Assembly (NCBI GenBank): GCA_016869025.1 | Contig: VGFA01000006.1 | Span: 16,065 to 80,064 of the forward strand | Reading direction: 5' to 3' | DNA from: Armatimonadota bacterium | GTDB taxonomy: Bacteria; Sysuimicrobiota; Sysuimicrobiia; Sysuimicrobiales; Humicultoraceae | Length of the DNA stretch: 64,000 nt | In this document: positions 18,583 through 26,901 of the stretch, one piece after another | Layout: every line of letters begins with the position of its first letter | How positions within the stretch are numbered: position 1 is the first letter of the stretch | Position numbers and translations under genes: made by a program | The notes under the pieces: model-generated | The model's input: only the letters and a program-made list of their open reading frames with translations | What the model was told of the DNA's origin: nothing | The model's database searches: none

Positions 18583-21350
18583 CCGAGATGGTGCGGGTTG
18601 ACGGCGCCAAGATCGTCGTGGTGGAGAACGTCCTTGGGATCTTCGACGATCGCGGCGATCTGGTGCAGATCCAAGGCTACATGTTCGATATTACCGACCA
18701 CGTCCGGGCCGAGGAATCACTGAGGCGTCGGCTCGAGCTGGAGGGCATCGTCGCCACGATCTCCAGGGTTTTCGCAACCACGGCAGCCGCCGGGTTCGAT
18801 GCGGCGGTCAACGAGGCGCTGCGCCGGATCGGCGAGTACGGACAGGTGGACCGGAGCTACCTCTTCCTGATCTCGGAGGACGGCTCCACCATGAACGATA
18901 CGCACGAGTGGACCGCCGAGGGCATCAGTCCCGAGATCGAACGGCTCCAGGGCCTCCCGACGGCGGTCTTCCCTTGGTGGATGGAGTGGCTGCGCCGTGG
19001 CGAGGTCATCCACGTCACGCGCGTCGCCGACCTTCCCGCGGAGGCGCGCGCCGAGCGCGAGATCCTGGAAGCGCAGGGGATCCAATCGGTGCTCGTTGTA
19101 CCCCTGATGACCGGAGGAGACTTGGCCGGGTTTCTGGGGTTCGATGCGGTGCGGACCGAAAAGGCGTGGGCCGACGAGGATATCAGGTTGCTGGGCGGCG
19201 CAGGAGAGATCATCGCCGCCCGTCTGGAGCGAATGCGCGCCGACGAGGCCCAGCGCCGCCATCTCGGGGAGGCGTTGCTCCTCAACCAGGTGATCGCCGC
19301 CGCGTCCGCGGCGCAGGACCCCGGTGAGCTGCTACGCGCGGTGTGCCGCGAACTCGCCCAGACCTTTGATGTGCCGGCTGCGGCAGCCGCGTTGCTGTCC
19401 GATGATCGCACGCGGCTCGACGTGATCGCCGAGGAAACGACCGACCCCCGGATCTCTGTCTGCGGGCTGAGCGTGCCGCTGAGCGCGGGAGAGGTCGAGC
19501 GGCTGTTTGGATCGGGCCCCGCGCGGCCAGCGGTCATCCACGACGTGATGGGCAACCCAAGCGTGGCCCCGGTCGCCGAGGCACTCCAGGACCGCCCGAT
19601 CTCCACGCTCGTCGTCGTGCCCCTGGTGATCCACGAGCAGCAGGTCGGGGTTGTCGCGTTGATAACCAGCCAGCCGCGCAAGTTCTCGGAGTATGAGCTG
19701 TCGCTGGCCCTCAGCGCCACCGCCGCGGCCAGCCAGGCCCTTGCCAACGCGCGGTTGCACGACCAGACGCGCCGGCGCGCCGAAGAGCTGAGCACGCTGG
19801 CCGCGGTCTCCGCCGTTCTGCGCGCCGCGCCCGGCCGCGTAGAGATAATCCGTGCCGTGGAGGAGAGGGTGCAGTACCTGCTGCGCGCCGAAGGGGTCTC
19901 GCTGGTGCTTGTGGATCCGCCCACCGGCGATGCGGTGCACGAACTGGGCATGGGGGCCTGGGCCGCGTGGACCGGGGACCGCCTGCCTCGAGGTGCCGGG
20001 ATCAGCGGGCACGTCATCGCCACCGGAGAACCCTACGTGAGCGCGGACGTGCGCACCGATCCGCATCTTGTGAACCTTGCCCCTTTCGCAGGTGTCCACT
20101 CGGTGGCCTGCGTCCCGCTGATAGCGGGCACGCAGACCATCGGCGCCTTGTGGGCCGGCCGGCACACCCCTCTCTTGGCCGACGAGGTTCGATTGCTGGG
20201 GGCCATCGGCAACATGGCGGCCACGGCCATCCACCGGACGACACTGCATGAGCAGACCGAACGACAGGTGCACCGCCTGACAACGGCGCGGACCATTGAC
20301 AGGGCCATCACCTCCAATCTCGACCTCCGCATGATCTTAAAGCTGCTCGCCGAAGAGGCAGCCACGGTAATGGAGGTGGATGGCGCGGCAGTGCTCCTCC
20401 TCCGGCCGGACCTGATGGCGCTGGAGCCCGCGGCCAACAGCGGGGTTCCATTTCTGGCGAACCCGGCCCTTTGCATCCCTCTGGTGGCCACGCCGGCGGG
20501 ACAGGCGGTGCTCCAGCGGCGGGCGGTCGCCATCAGCGATCTCAGTCAGGCACCGGCCGGGCTGGCCCGCGCCATGGAGCAAGCCGGATTCGTCGCCTAC
20601 CTGGCGGTGCCGCTGATAGCCAAGGGACAGGTCAAGGGGGTGCTGGAGCTCTTCGGCCGCACCCCGCTGTCAACGGAGCCGGACTGGCGCGAGTTCCTGG
20701 ACGGCCTGGCCGCCCAGGCGGCCATAGCCATTGACAACGCTGAGATGTTCGAGACGCTGCAACGGTCCCATCTCGAGCTGGCCTTTGCGTATGATGCTAC
20801 CCTGGAGGGATGGGGGCGGGCACTGGACCTGCGGGATCGGGAGACGGAAGGGCACACCCGGCGCGTGACGGAACTGACGCTGCGCCTGGCACGTGACCTG
20901 CGAATCCCGGAGCCCGAGATAGTGCATGTCCGCCGGGGAGCCCTCCTGCACGACATCGGCAAGATGGGCGTGCCCGACGCTATTTTGTTGAAGCCCGGCC
21001 CGCTGAACGACGACGAATGGGAGACGATGCGCCGCCATCCCGCGCTGGCCCGCGATATGCTCGCGCCCATCCCGTTCCTGAGGCCGGCGCTGGACATCCC
21101 CTACTGCCACCACGAGCGGTGGGACGGCAGCGGGTATCCTCAAGGATTGGCAGGAGAGCACATTCCGCCTTCGGCTCGGATCTTCGCGGTGGTAGATGTC
21201 TGGGACGCGCTGCGTTCGGACCGGCCGTATCGCCGGGCCTGGTCCGAGGAGAAGGCGCTGGCGTACATACGCGAGCAGGCAGGGAAGCACTTCGACCCCG
21301 AGGTGACCCGCCGGTTTCTAGACCTGCCGGCGGAGATCCGTCGAGGTTAG
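18102..21350 (+). CDS. Multidomain signalling protein: PAS, multiple GAF domains and a C-terminal HD-GYP phosphodiesterase domain
   Basis: Meaningful sequence begins at about 18396 (ADYLSTVDGQILECNQAF). Repeated GAF-like blocks follow. The C-terminus reads HTRRVTELT...HDIGKMGVPDAILLKPGPL...HHERWDGSGYPQGL (HD-GYP). Confidence 0.8.
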   Translation: MGPGRVADPRAPGGPPGGDRARTPGCVRQAGHPGVPVPDTARRDALAARSGDPSLGSCAGAGGTHPRRCARYHRAQTVAAVASGERGAVPTLLRARPEADYLSTVDGQILECNQAFARLFGFQSVEDAMSANAVSLYDSPQGREAFLQRVRTERQLAGLVTEMVRVDGAKIVVVENVLGIFDDRGDLVQIQGYMFDITDHVRAEESLRRRLELEGIVATISRVFATTAAAGFDAAVNEALRRIGEYGQVDRSYLFLISEDGSTMNDTHEWTAEGISPEIERLQGLPTAVFPWWMEWLRRGEVIHVTRVADLPAEARAEREILEAQGIQSVLVVPLMTGGDLAGFLGFDAVRTEKAWADEDIRLLGGAGEIIAARLERMRADEAQRRHLGEALLLNQVIAAASAAQDPGELLRAVCRELAQTFDVPAAAAALLSDDRTRLDVIAEETTDPRISVCGLSVPLSAGEVERLFGSGPARPAVIHDVMGNPSVAPVAEALQDRPISTLVVVPLVIHEQQVGVVALITSQPRKFSEYELSLALSATAAASQALANARLHDQTRRRAEELSTLAAVSAVLRAAPGRVEIIRAVEERVQYLLRAEGVSLVLVDPPTGDAVHELGMGAWAAWTGDRLPRGAGISGHVIATGEPYVSADVRTDPHLVNLAPFAGVHSVACVPLIAGTQTIGALWAGRHTPLLADEVRLLGAIGNMAATAIHRTTLHEQTERQVHRLTTARTIDRAITSNLDLRMILKLLAEEAATVMEVDGAAVLLLRPDLMALEPAANSGVPFLANPALCIPLVATPAGQAVLQRRAVAISDLSQAPAGLARAMEQAGFVAYLAVPLIAKGQVKGVLELFGRTPLSTEPDWREFLDGLAAQAAIAIDNAEMFETLQRSHLELAFAYDATLEGWGRALDLRDRETEGHTRRVTELTLRLARDLRIPEPEIVHVRRGALLHDIGKMGVPDAILLKPGPLNDDEWETMRRHPALARDMLAPIPFLRPALDIPYCHHERWDGSGYPQGLAGEHIPPSARIFAVVDVWDALRSDRPYRRAWSEEKALAYIREQAGKHFDPEVTRRFLDLPAEIRRG

Positions 21351-22462
21351 GCGGAGTGCCGGAGCAGGAGCACGTCCTCGGGTGAGAACCGGACCGCGAT
21401 CGGCCCTCCCTCTGCGAAGCGCAACTGGGTGCGGGGGTTGGCGGCCTGAGCGCGGATCAGCGCACCGCCCCGGAGTTCGATCTCGCAGGTCATGATCCAG
21501 CCCAGGTAGTTCCGCAGACGCAGCGTGCCGCGGAGGACATTGCCGGCGCCGGCCGCGTGATCGGCGGCCTCTTCCGGGGATACGATCTCCAGCACCTCGG
21601 GTCGCAGGCACACCGTGGCGCGCTCACCGGCCGCAAACCCCGCGTTGCGGGACGCCGAGGCGTGGAGTGCCTCCCCGCTTTCCAGCGCGACGGCGATCCC
21701 TTCGCTGGAGACGGCGCGGACCGCGCCGGGCAGGAAGTTGGCTCCGCCCAGGAAGTCCGCAACAAACGGGTCGGCCGGCCGCTCGTAGACGTCCTGTGGC
21801 GAACCGATCTGCATCAGGTACCCGAGGTGCATCACCGCGACGCGAGTGGAAAGCATCAACGCCTCTTCCTGGTCGTGGGTTACGTAGATCGTTGTGATGC
21901 CCAACTGCCGCTGAAGCTTGACCAGCTCGTTGCGCATCTGCACCCGCAGCTTGGCATCCAGGTTGGAGAGGGGCTCATCCAGCAGCAGCAGGGCCGGCTC
22001 CACAACCACGGCGCGCGCCAGTGCTACCCGCTGCTGTTGCCCTCCGGAGAGCTGCGACGGCAGGCGATTGCCCAGCCCTTCCAGGCCAACCAGGCGCAGC
22101 GCCTCCTCCACCCGTCCGCCGATCTCACGGCGCGGAGTCCGGCGCTCCACCAGGCCGAAGGCCACGTTCTCGAACACCGTCATATGCGGCCACAGGGCGT
22201 AGTTCTGGAAGACCATGCCGATGTTGCGGTGCCAGGGCGGGACGCGCGTCATGTCCCGCCCGTCGAAGCGAATCTCCCCGGCGTCCGGCTCGAGCAGTCC
22301 GGCGATCATTCGCAGCGTGGTCGTCTTGCCGCAGCCGCTCGGGCCGAGGAAGGTGAAGAACTCGCCGCGCTGGATCAACAGCGAGAGATCGTGCACCGCC
22401 ACCATGTCACGGAAGCGCCGGTGCAATCCGCGGACCTCGACGTCAACAGGCCTGAGGCGCAA
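21347..22462 (-). CDS. ABC transporter ATP-binding protein (PotA/FbpC-like with C-terminal TOBE-type domain)
   Basis: Walker A GPSGCGKTT, signature LSGGQQQRVALARA, Walker B LLLLDEP. The 649-aa ORF is trimmed because its first ~280 aa overlap the permease gene out of frame. Proposed start is TTG 22462, 7 nt after GGAGGG; the start is uncertain. Confidence 0.85.
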   Translation of the reverse strand: MRLRPVDVEVRGLHRRFRDMVAVHDLSLLIQRGEFFTFLGPSGCGKTTTLRMIAGLLEPDAGEIRFDGRDMTRVPPWHRNIGMVFQNYALWPHMTVFENVAFGLVERRTPRREIGGRVEEALRLVGLEGLGNRLPSQLSGGQQQRVALARAVVVEPALLLLDEPLSNLDAKLRVQMRNELVKLQRQLGITTIYVTHDQEEALMLSTRVAVMHLGYLMQIGSPQDVYERPADPFVADFLGGANFLPGAVRAVSSEGIAVALESGEALHASASRNAGFAAGERATVCLRPEVLEIVSPEEAADHAAGAGNVLRGTLRLRNYLGWIMTCEIELRGGALIRAQAANPRTQLRFAEGGPIAVRFSPEDVLLLRHSA

Positions 22463-22488
22463 GCACGGTCCCTCCAACTCGTGTTCGA

Positions 22489-24228
22489 TTACAGAGTGAA
22501 CGCCATCCGTCCCCGGCCGCTCAACCGGTTCGCAAGGTACGTTCCAAGCGCCACGATCACGATCGCCACGACCCCAAGCGCCGCGGCGGAGCCCCGGCCG
22601 AGCGCGCTCTGGGAGTAGATGTAGATCCCGTAGGCCAGCGGGCTCTGTTCGATACGGCTGACCAGGATGATCGTGGCGCTGAACTCGACCGCCGCGGTCA
22701 CGAACACCAGCACGCCCCCGGCAATCACACCGCCCAGGATGAGCGGCAGCACAACCCGGCGGAACGCCCGCAGTCGAGGCGCGCCGGCAATCCCGGCGGC
22801 GTCTTCGAGCGACGGGTGTACCTGATGCAGCGCCGCATGGCTGGCGCGCAGCGCGTATGGAAGCCGCCGCACCATGTAGGCCAGCACGAAGATCACCCAG
22901 GTGGCCGCCAGGGGCTGGTCTATCCAGGGGAGCGTGATTCCGTAGAACACGCGCAGGAAGCCCACGCCCACCACTACCCCGGGCAGGGCGATCGGCATCA
23001 TGGCGATCCAGTCGAGCAGTCCCTTGCCGGGAACCCTGCCGCGCTGGAGCAGGTAGGCGATCGCCGCTGCCAGCACCACGCCCAGCAGCGCCGCCCCTAC
23101 GCTGTAGACAAGGGTGTTGACCACGAAGCGCGGGGCGCGCAGGAAGATCTCGGCGTAGTTGGCCAGCGTGTAGGCGCTGGGCAGGTAGCTGAGACTCCAC
23201 ACCTTGCTGAACGACAGCATTACCACGCCCAGGTGCGGGATCAGCCCGGCGCCGATGATCGCGGCGCAAAGACCCAGCACCCCGGCCAGCCGCCACCCGG
23301 TCAGCGTCCGGCCGCCCTCGGGCGAGCGCGCCCCGGTCTGGAGCGTGGCATATTCGCGTCGCGAGACGATCCAGTTCGAGGCCAGCACGCAGACGATCGA
23401 GATGACGACCATGACGACGCAGATTACGTACCCGTCCACGTCGTCACGTCCCACCGTCGTGATGCGCAGGTAGGCCTGCGGCCCGAGCATGTTCTTGAAG
23501 TTCAGGATGAACGGCGTGCCGATGTCGTCCACGGCCTTCACGAACGTGAGCAGCGCGCCGGCCGCGTACGAAGGCAGCACCAACGGGAACACCACCCGGC
23601 GCTGCAACCGCCAGCCGCGCGCCCCCATCATCTGTCCCATCTCTTCCAGTGACCTGTCCACGTTCAGCAGCGCGGTGGTCACGGTCAGGAAGATGAACGG
23701 GAAGAAGTGCAGCGCCTGCGCCAGTATGATCCCGCGCAGGCCCTCCATGATGTTCAGCCGCAGGCCGAACAGATCCTGGAACAGGAGCGTCACGGCCCCT
23801 GCGCGGCCGAAGATCTGCATCAGCGCGATCGCGCCCACGAACGGCGGTATGACCAGCGGGAGGGTGGCGAGCGTGACCACCAGCATCCGGCCGGGGAAGT
23901 CGTAGCGGGCCACGACGAACGCCAGGGGGAGGGCCAGCACCGTGCCGATGGCCACGGTCCACAGGCCTGCCACCAGGCTGTTGACCAGCGATTCCACGTA
24001 GAGCGGTGTATGGAAGAACCGCGCCAGGTGGGAGAGCGTCACCCCACCCTCGGTGCCGGTGAGCGCGACCTTCAGGACCACGCCGATCGGCAGGACGACG
24101 AACACACCCAGGATGGCCAGCAGGATCGCCATCAGGGCGGCGTGCCCGGGGTCCACGGTCACCCGCCACAGGTGCGGCAGCCGCGCCGCAACCGGCGCGG
24201 GCACCATCTGGGGCGCGGGGATGCTCAT
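22489..24228 (-). CDS. ABC transporter permease, duplicated (two fused transmembrane domains, FbpB-like)
   Basis: 579-aa polytopic protein with two EAA-like loops (LEEMGQMMGARGWRLQRRVVFPL and LEDAAGIAGAPRLRAFRRVVLPL). Confidence 0.9.
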   Translation of the reverse strand: MSIPAPQMVPAPVAARLPHLWRVTVDPGHAALMAILLAILGVFVVLPIGVVLKVALTGTEGGVTLSHLARFFHTPLYVESLVNSLVAGLWTVAIGTVLALPLAFVVARYDFPGRMLVVTLATLPLVIPPFVGAIALMQIFGRAGAVTLLFQDLFGLRLNIMEGLRGIILAQALHFFPFIFLTVTTALLNVDRSLEEMGQMMGARGWRLQRRVVFPLVLPSYAAGALLTFVKAVDDIGTPFILNFKNMLGPQAYLRITTVGRDDVDGYVICVVMVVISIVCVLASNWIVSRREYATLQTGARSPEGGRTLTGWRLAGVLGLCAAIIGAGLIPHLGVVMLSFSKVWSLSYLPSAYTLANYAEIFLRAPRFVVNTLVYSVGAALLGVVLAAAIAYLLQRGRVPGKGLLDWIAMMPIALPGVVVGVGFLRVFYGITLPWIDQPLAATWVIFVLAYMVRRLPYALRASHAALHQVHPSLEDAAGIAGAPRLRAFRRVVLPLILGGVIAGGVLVFVTAAVEFSATIILVSRIEQSPLAYGIYIYSQSALGRGSAAALGVVAIVIVALGTYLANRLSGRGRMAFTL

Positions 24229-24261
24229 TGATCGGGTCCGGTCACGGGCCCTTCGGTACCG

Positions 24262-25611
24262 TTAGCGCCTCCGCGCCAGATCCTCGGCCTGGTTCGCGAG
24301 CGCCAGGGCTCGTGCATAGGAGGTCCGCGCCACCTCGCCCCACTCGCGCTCCTTGGCGCTTCGGTAGGCGGCGTCGCGGTCCATGCCGCCGCTGACCTCC
24401 GCCGCCATCTTCTCGCTCACGTGCACGTAGCGCGCCGATGCCCGGGCCTGGATCAGCAGCCGCTCGGCCTCCACCACGTCGCGGCCGGCCGACCTGGCGG
24501 CTTCCACCGCGCGCTCCGCGCGGTAGATCGCCTCCCAGGCCTTCCTTAGATCGGCGTGGCGGAACGTGATGACCTGGTCGTACATCCGGTTGGTGACGTT
24601 GTAGCGGCCCGCCGACAGGTCGGCATCGAACTGCACGCCGGCCTGCATCTTGAACGGGTTGGGAATCCCCTTGGGCGCCTCGGCGTAGAGCGTGGTCCGC
24701 ACCGGCAGCCGCGCGATATCGGGCTTGAAGAGCAGGCGCTGGCCTTCGTCGCTCAGCAGGAAGTTTATGAACCGGCGGGCGCCCTCGGGGTTCGGCGCGC
24801 CCTTGATCATTGCGACGTTGGCCGGCACCACCGACGTCAGGGAGGGATAGACGAAGTCTATCGGCTGCCCTGATGCGATTGCCGAGAGCCCGAAGAAGTC
24901 AATAACGACGCCGATGCCGTAGTGCCCGGCGATCACGGCCTCGGGTACCCCAAAGGAGCGCTCGGTGATCGCGCCCATGCTGCCCCCCATCTGGATGAGC
25001 AGCTCCCAGCCCTTTTGCCAGCCGTACCCCTGCAGGATCGTCTCGACGGTCAGGTGGGTGGTGCCGCTGCGGCTGGGGGCGGTGATGACCAGGTGGCCGA
25101 AGTAGACGGGCTTGATGAGATCGTCCCATTCTTTGGGCGCGGGCAGGCGGTTGCGCGCCAGGTAGGTCTTGTTCCACATGATGCCGTAGCCGCTCACAGC
25201 GAACCCGTGGAAGAACCCGTCGGGATCGTTGATCGGGAACCCGGCCACCTTGTCGGGAACGCCGCGCCGGAACTCGGCCGGCGGCACGTACCGCTCGATG
25301 AGGTTGTTGGCCTTCAAGAAGAAGAACGCGTCCACGGCGCTGGCCCAGAAGACGTCCACGTCAGGCCGCGCCGCCCGCTCGCGCACATGCGTGATGGCCG
25401 CCGACGTGGGCTTGGGAACAACGGCCACGGTCCACCCGGGGTTGGCCTTCTCGAACGCGGCCTTGTAGGCGTCAAACAACTCCTTTGGGAACGAAGTGAT
25501 TACCGCCACCTGCTGGGACTGGGCAAAGGTCCGTGCCGGGAGGAAAACGAGCCCGGCGGCGGACATGACGAGCACGGTGAGTAGCGCCACGCTGCGCATC
25601 GCGGTTCTCAC
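24262..25611 (-). CDS. ABC transporter periplasmic solute-binding protein (Fe3+/PgtC-like family) with helical C-terminal extension
   Basis: Signal peptide followed by an SBP fold pattern (VITSFPKELFDAYKAAFEKANPG..., SRSGTTHL). First gene of the SBP-permease-ATPase operon. Confidence 0.85.
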   Translation of the reverse strand: MRTAMRSVALLTVLVMSAAGLVFLPARTFAQSQQVAVITSFPKELFDAYKAAFEKANPGWTVAVVPKPTSAAITHVRERAARPDVDVFWASAVDAFFFLKANNLIERYVPPAEFRRGVPDKVAGFPINDPDGFFHGFAVSGYGIMWNKTYLARNRLPAPKEWDDLIKPVYFGHLVITAPSRSGTTHLTVETILQGYGWQKGWELLIQMGGSMGAITERSFGVPEAVIAGHYGIGVVIDFFGLSAIASGQPIDFVYPSLTSVVPANVAMIKGAPNPEGARRFINFLLSDEGQRLLFKPDIARLPVRTTLYAEAPKGIPNPFKMQAGVQFDADLSAGRYNVTNRMYDQVITFRHADLRKAWEAIYRAERAVEAARSAGRDVVEAERLLIQARASARYVHVSEKMAAEVSGGMDRDAAYRSAKEREWGEVARTSYARALALANQAEDLARRR

Positions 25612-25729
25612 AGTAGGTCACCTCGCAGGTCTGGGATCAATCAGCCGACGCCCGCAGTGGACGGCGGCCCGCAACCATTATACCTGCATGCCTGGTACCT
25701 ACGCCGCTGATCGCGCAGGGTCCTTGTTG

Positions 25730-26542
25730 CTACCTGCCAAGCGCAGTTGCGCGTTGGGTTGCGCTGCGCACCGCCTTCCCTATGGCGGCCGCGAACCCGC
25801 CCTCCTCCAAGGCGGCCAATCCCGCCATGGTGGTGCCGTTCGGCGACGTCACGCGGCGCCGGAGATCGCCCGGGTCGCCGCCGGTCTCCCTCACGAGCTT
25901 GGCGGCGCCGTAGACGGTCTGTAGCGCCAGGTCCCTTGCCACCGTGGGCGACAGGCCGGCCTGGGCGCCTGCCTCAATCAACGCTTCCATGAACAGGTAG
26001 ACATAGGCCGGGCCGCTGCCTGCGATCGCAGTGACCGCGTCGAGGGCCTCTTCGCGCACCTCGACGGTCTTGCCCAACCGGTTGAACAGGGACACCGCTG
26101 CCACCCGGTGCTCATCGGCCACCCCCTGGCCGTAGGCGAGCGCGGTCGCAGAGGCCATGACCGCCGCCGGCAGGTTGGGCATGGCGCGGATCACAGACGC
26201 CCCGCCCAGGTGATGCTCAACCGAGGAGCAGCGCACTCCAGCCAGCACAGAGATGACCAGGTGCTCCGGAACGAGGTGGGGCCGCAGCCCCTGCGCCGCC
26301 TGTGCCAGATCCCCGGGTTTGACGGCAAGGACCAGCACCCGCGCCGATCCGCAGACCTCTGCCTTATCGGGCGTGACCCGTATTCCCCAGGAGGCGCTCA
26401 GGTGGTCGAGGCGCTCCCGGCGGCTGCGGTTGGTCGCCAGGATCTGCGCGCCGTCCATCCCGGCGCTGCGCAGACCGCTGATCAGCGCCTCCGCCATATT
26501 GCCCGCGCCGATGAACCCGATCGCGGCGTCCATCCAACTCAC
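25730..26542 (-). CDS. proC: Pyrroline-5-carboxylate reductase
   Basis: GFIGAGNMAEALISGL Rossmann motif and the C-terminal SPNGTTMAGL motif. Start is GTG 26542 or ATG 26533. Confidence 0.9.
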   Translation of the reverse strand: MSWMDAAIGFIGAGNMAEALISGLRSAGMDGAQILATNRSRRERLDHLSASWGIRVTPDKAEVCGSARVLVLAVKPGDLAQAAQGLRPHLVPEHLVISVLAGVRCSSVEHHLGGASVIRAMPNLPAAVMASATALAYGQGVADEHRVAAVSLFNRLGKTVEVREEALDAVTAIAGSGPAYVYLFMEALIEAGAQAGLSPTVARDLALQTVYGAAKLVRETGGDPGDLRRRVTSPNGTTMAGLAALEEGGFAAAIGKAVRSATQRATALGR

Positions 26543-26555
26543 CGCCCTTCCAGAA

Positions 26556-26862
26556 TGACCCCACGAAAAGCAATCGCCCCTCCGCCCAAGGGCGGAAGGG
26601 GCTTCCGCGGTGCCACCTCAGTTCGCAGCCGCGCGCCGGACAATACGCCTCCGGAGGCGGCTGCGCTCTCAGCGTGCGATATCGGGCACACCCGGCGGCC
26701 TTGGGCACTCCGCAGGGCGGGGCTTGGACCGCGGCTCAGGAGGTGGGTTCGTCAGGGCTCCGGCGGCAGGGTTCACACCAGCTCAGATCAGTGAGCTCCC
26801 CGGCTCGCTTGCGCCTCGCCCGCGACTACTGGCCTCCGTCAAAGCATGGGCGACAGGTGATT
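26556..26862 (-). promoter_or_regulatory. T-box riboswitch leader (proline specifier CCC) controlling proC
   Basis: On the minus strand the T-box sequence is AACTGAGGTGGCACCGCGG (26605-26623). Stem I base is GGAGG/CCTCC, with AGTA on the 5' side and GAA-CCC-A on the 3' side of the specifier loop; the CCC codon is at 26745-26747. A distal element reads GAGCTGGTGTGAACCC. A terminator hairpin competes with the T-box sequence. Confidence 0.8.
26565..26601 (-). terminator. Intrinsic terminator of the T-box leader
   Basis: RNA CCCCUUCCGCCC-UU-GGGCGGAGGGG (one bulged base) followed by CGAUUGCUUUUCG, about 20 nt upstream of the proC start. Confidence 0.7.
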
Positions 26863-26869
26863 GGGTCGG

Positions 26870-26898
26870 ATGTTACCATGGGCCCTCCGGCCGGTCAA
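26870..26898 (-). promoter_or_regulatory. Sigma-A-type promoter of the T-box/proC transcript
   Basis: On the minus strand: TTGACC (26898-26893), 17-nt spacer, TAACAT (26875-26870). Confidence 0.5.
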
Positions 26899-26901
26899 CC
26901 G

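Noticed and set aside
22463-23296. N-terminal ~280 aa of the 649-aa ORF 21347..23296
   Set aside because: This part overlaps the permease gene (22489..24228) in another frame and is low-complexity (RRG/PGA-rich). The ABC ATPase homology begins only at about 22462.
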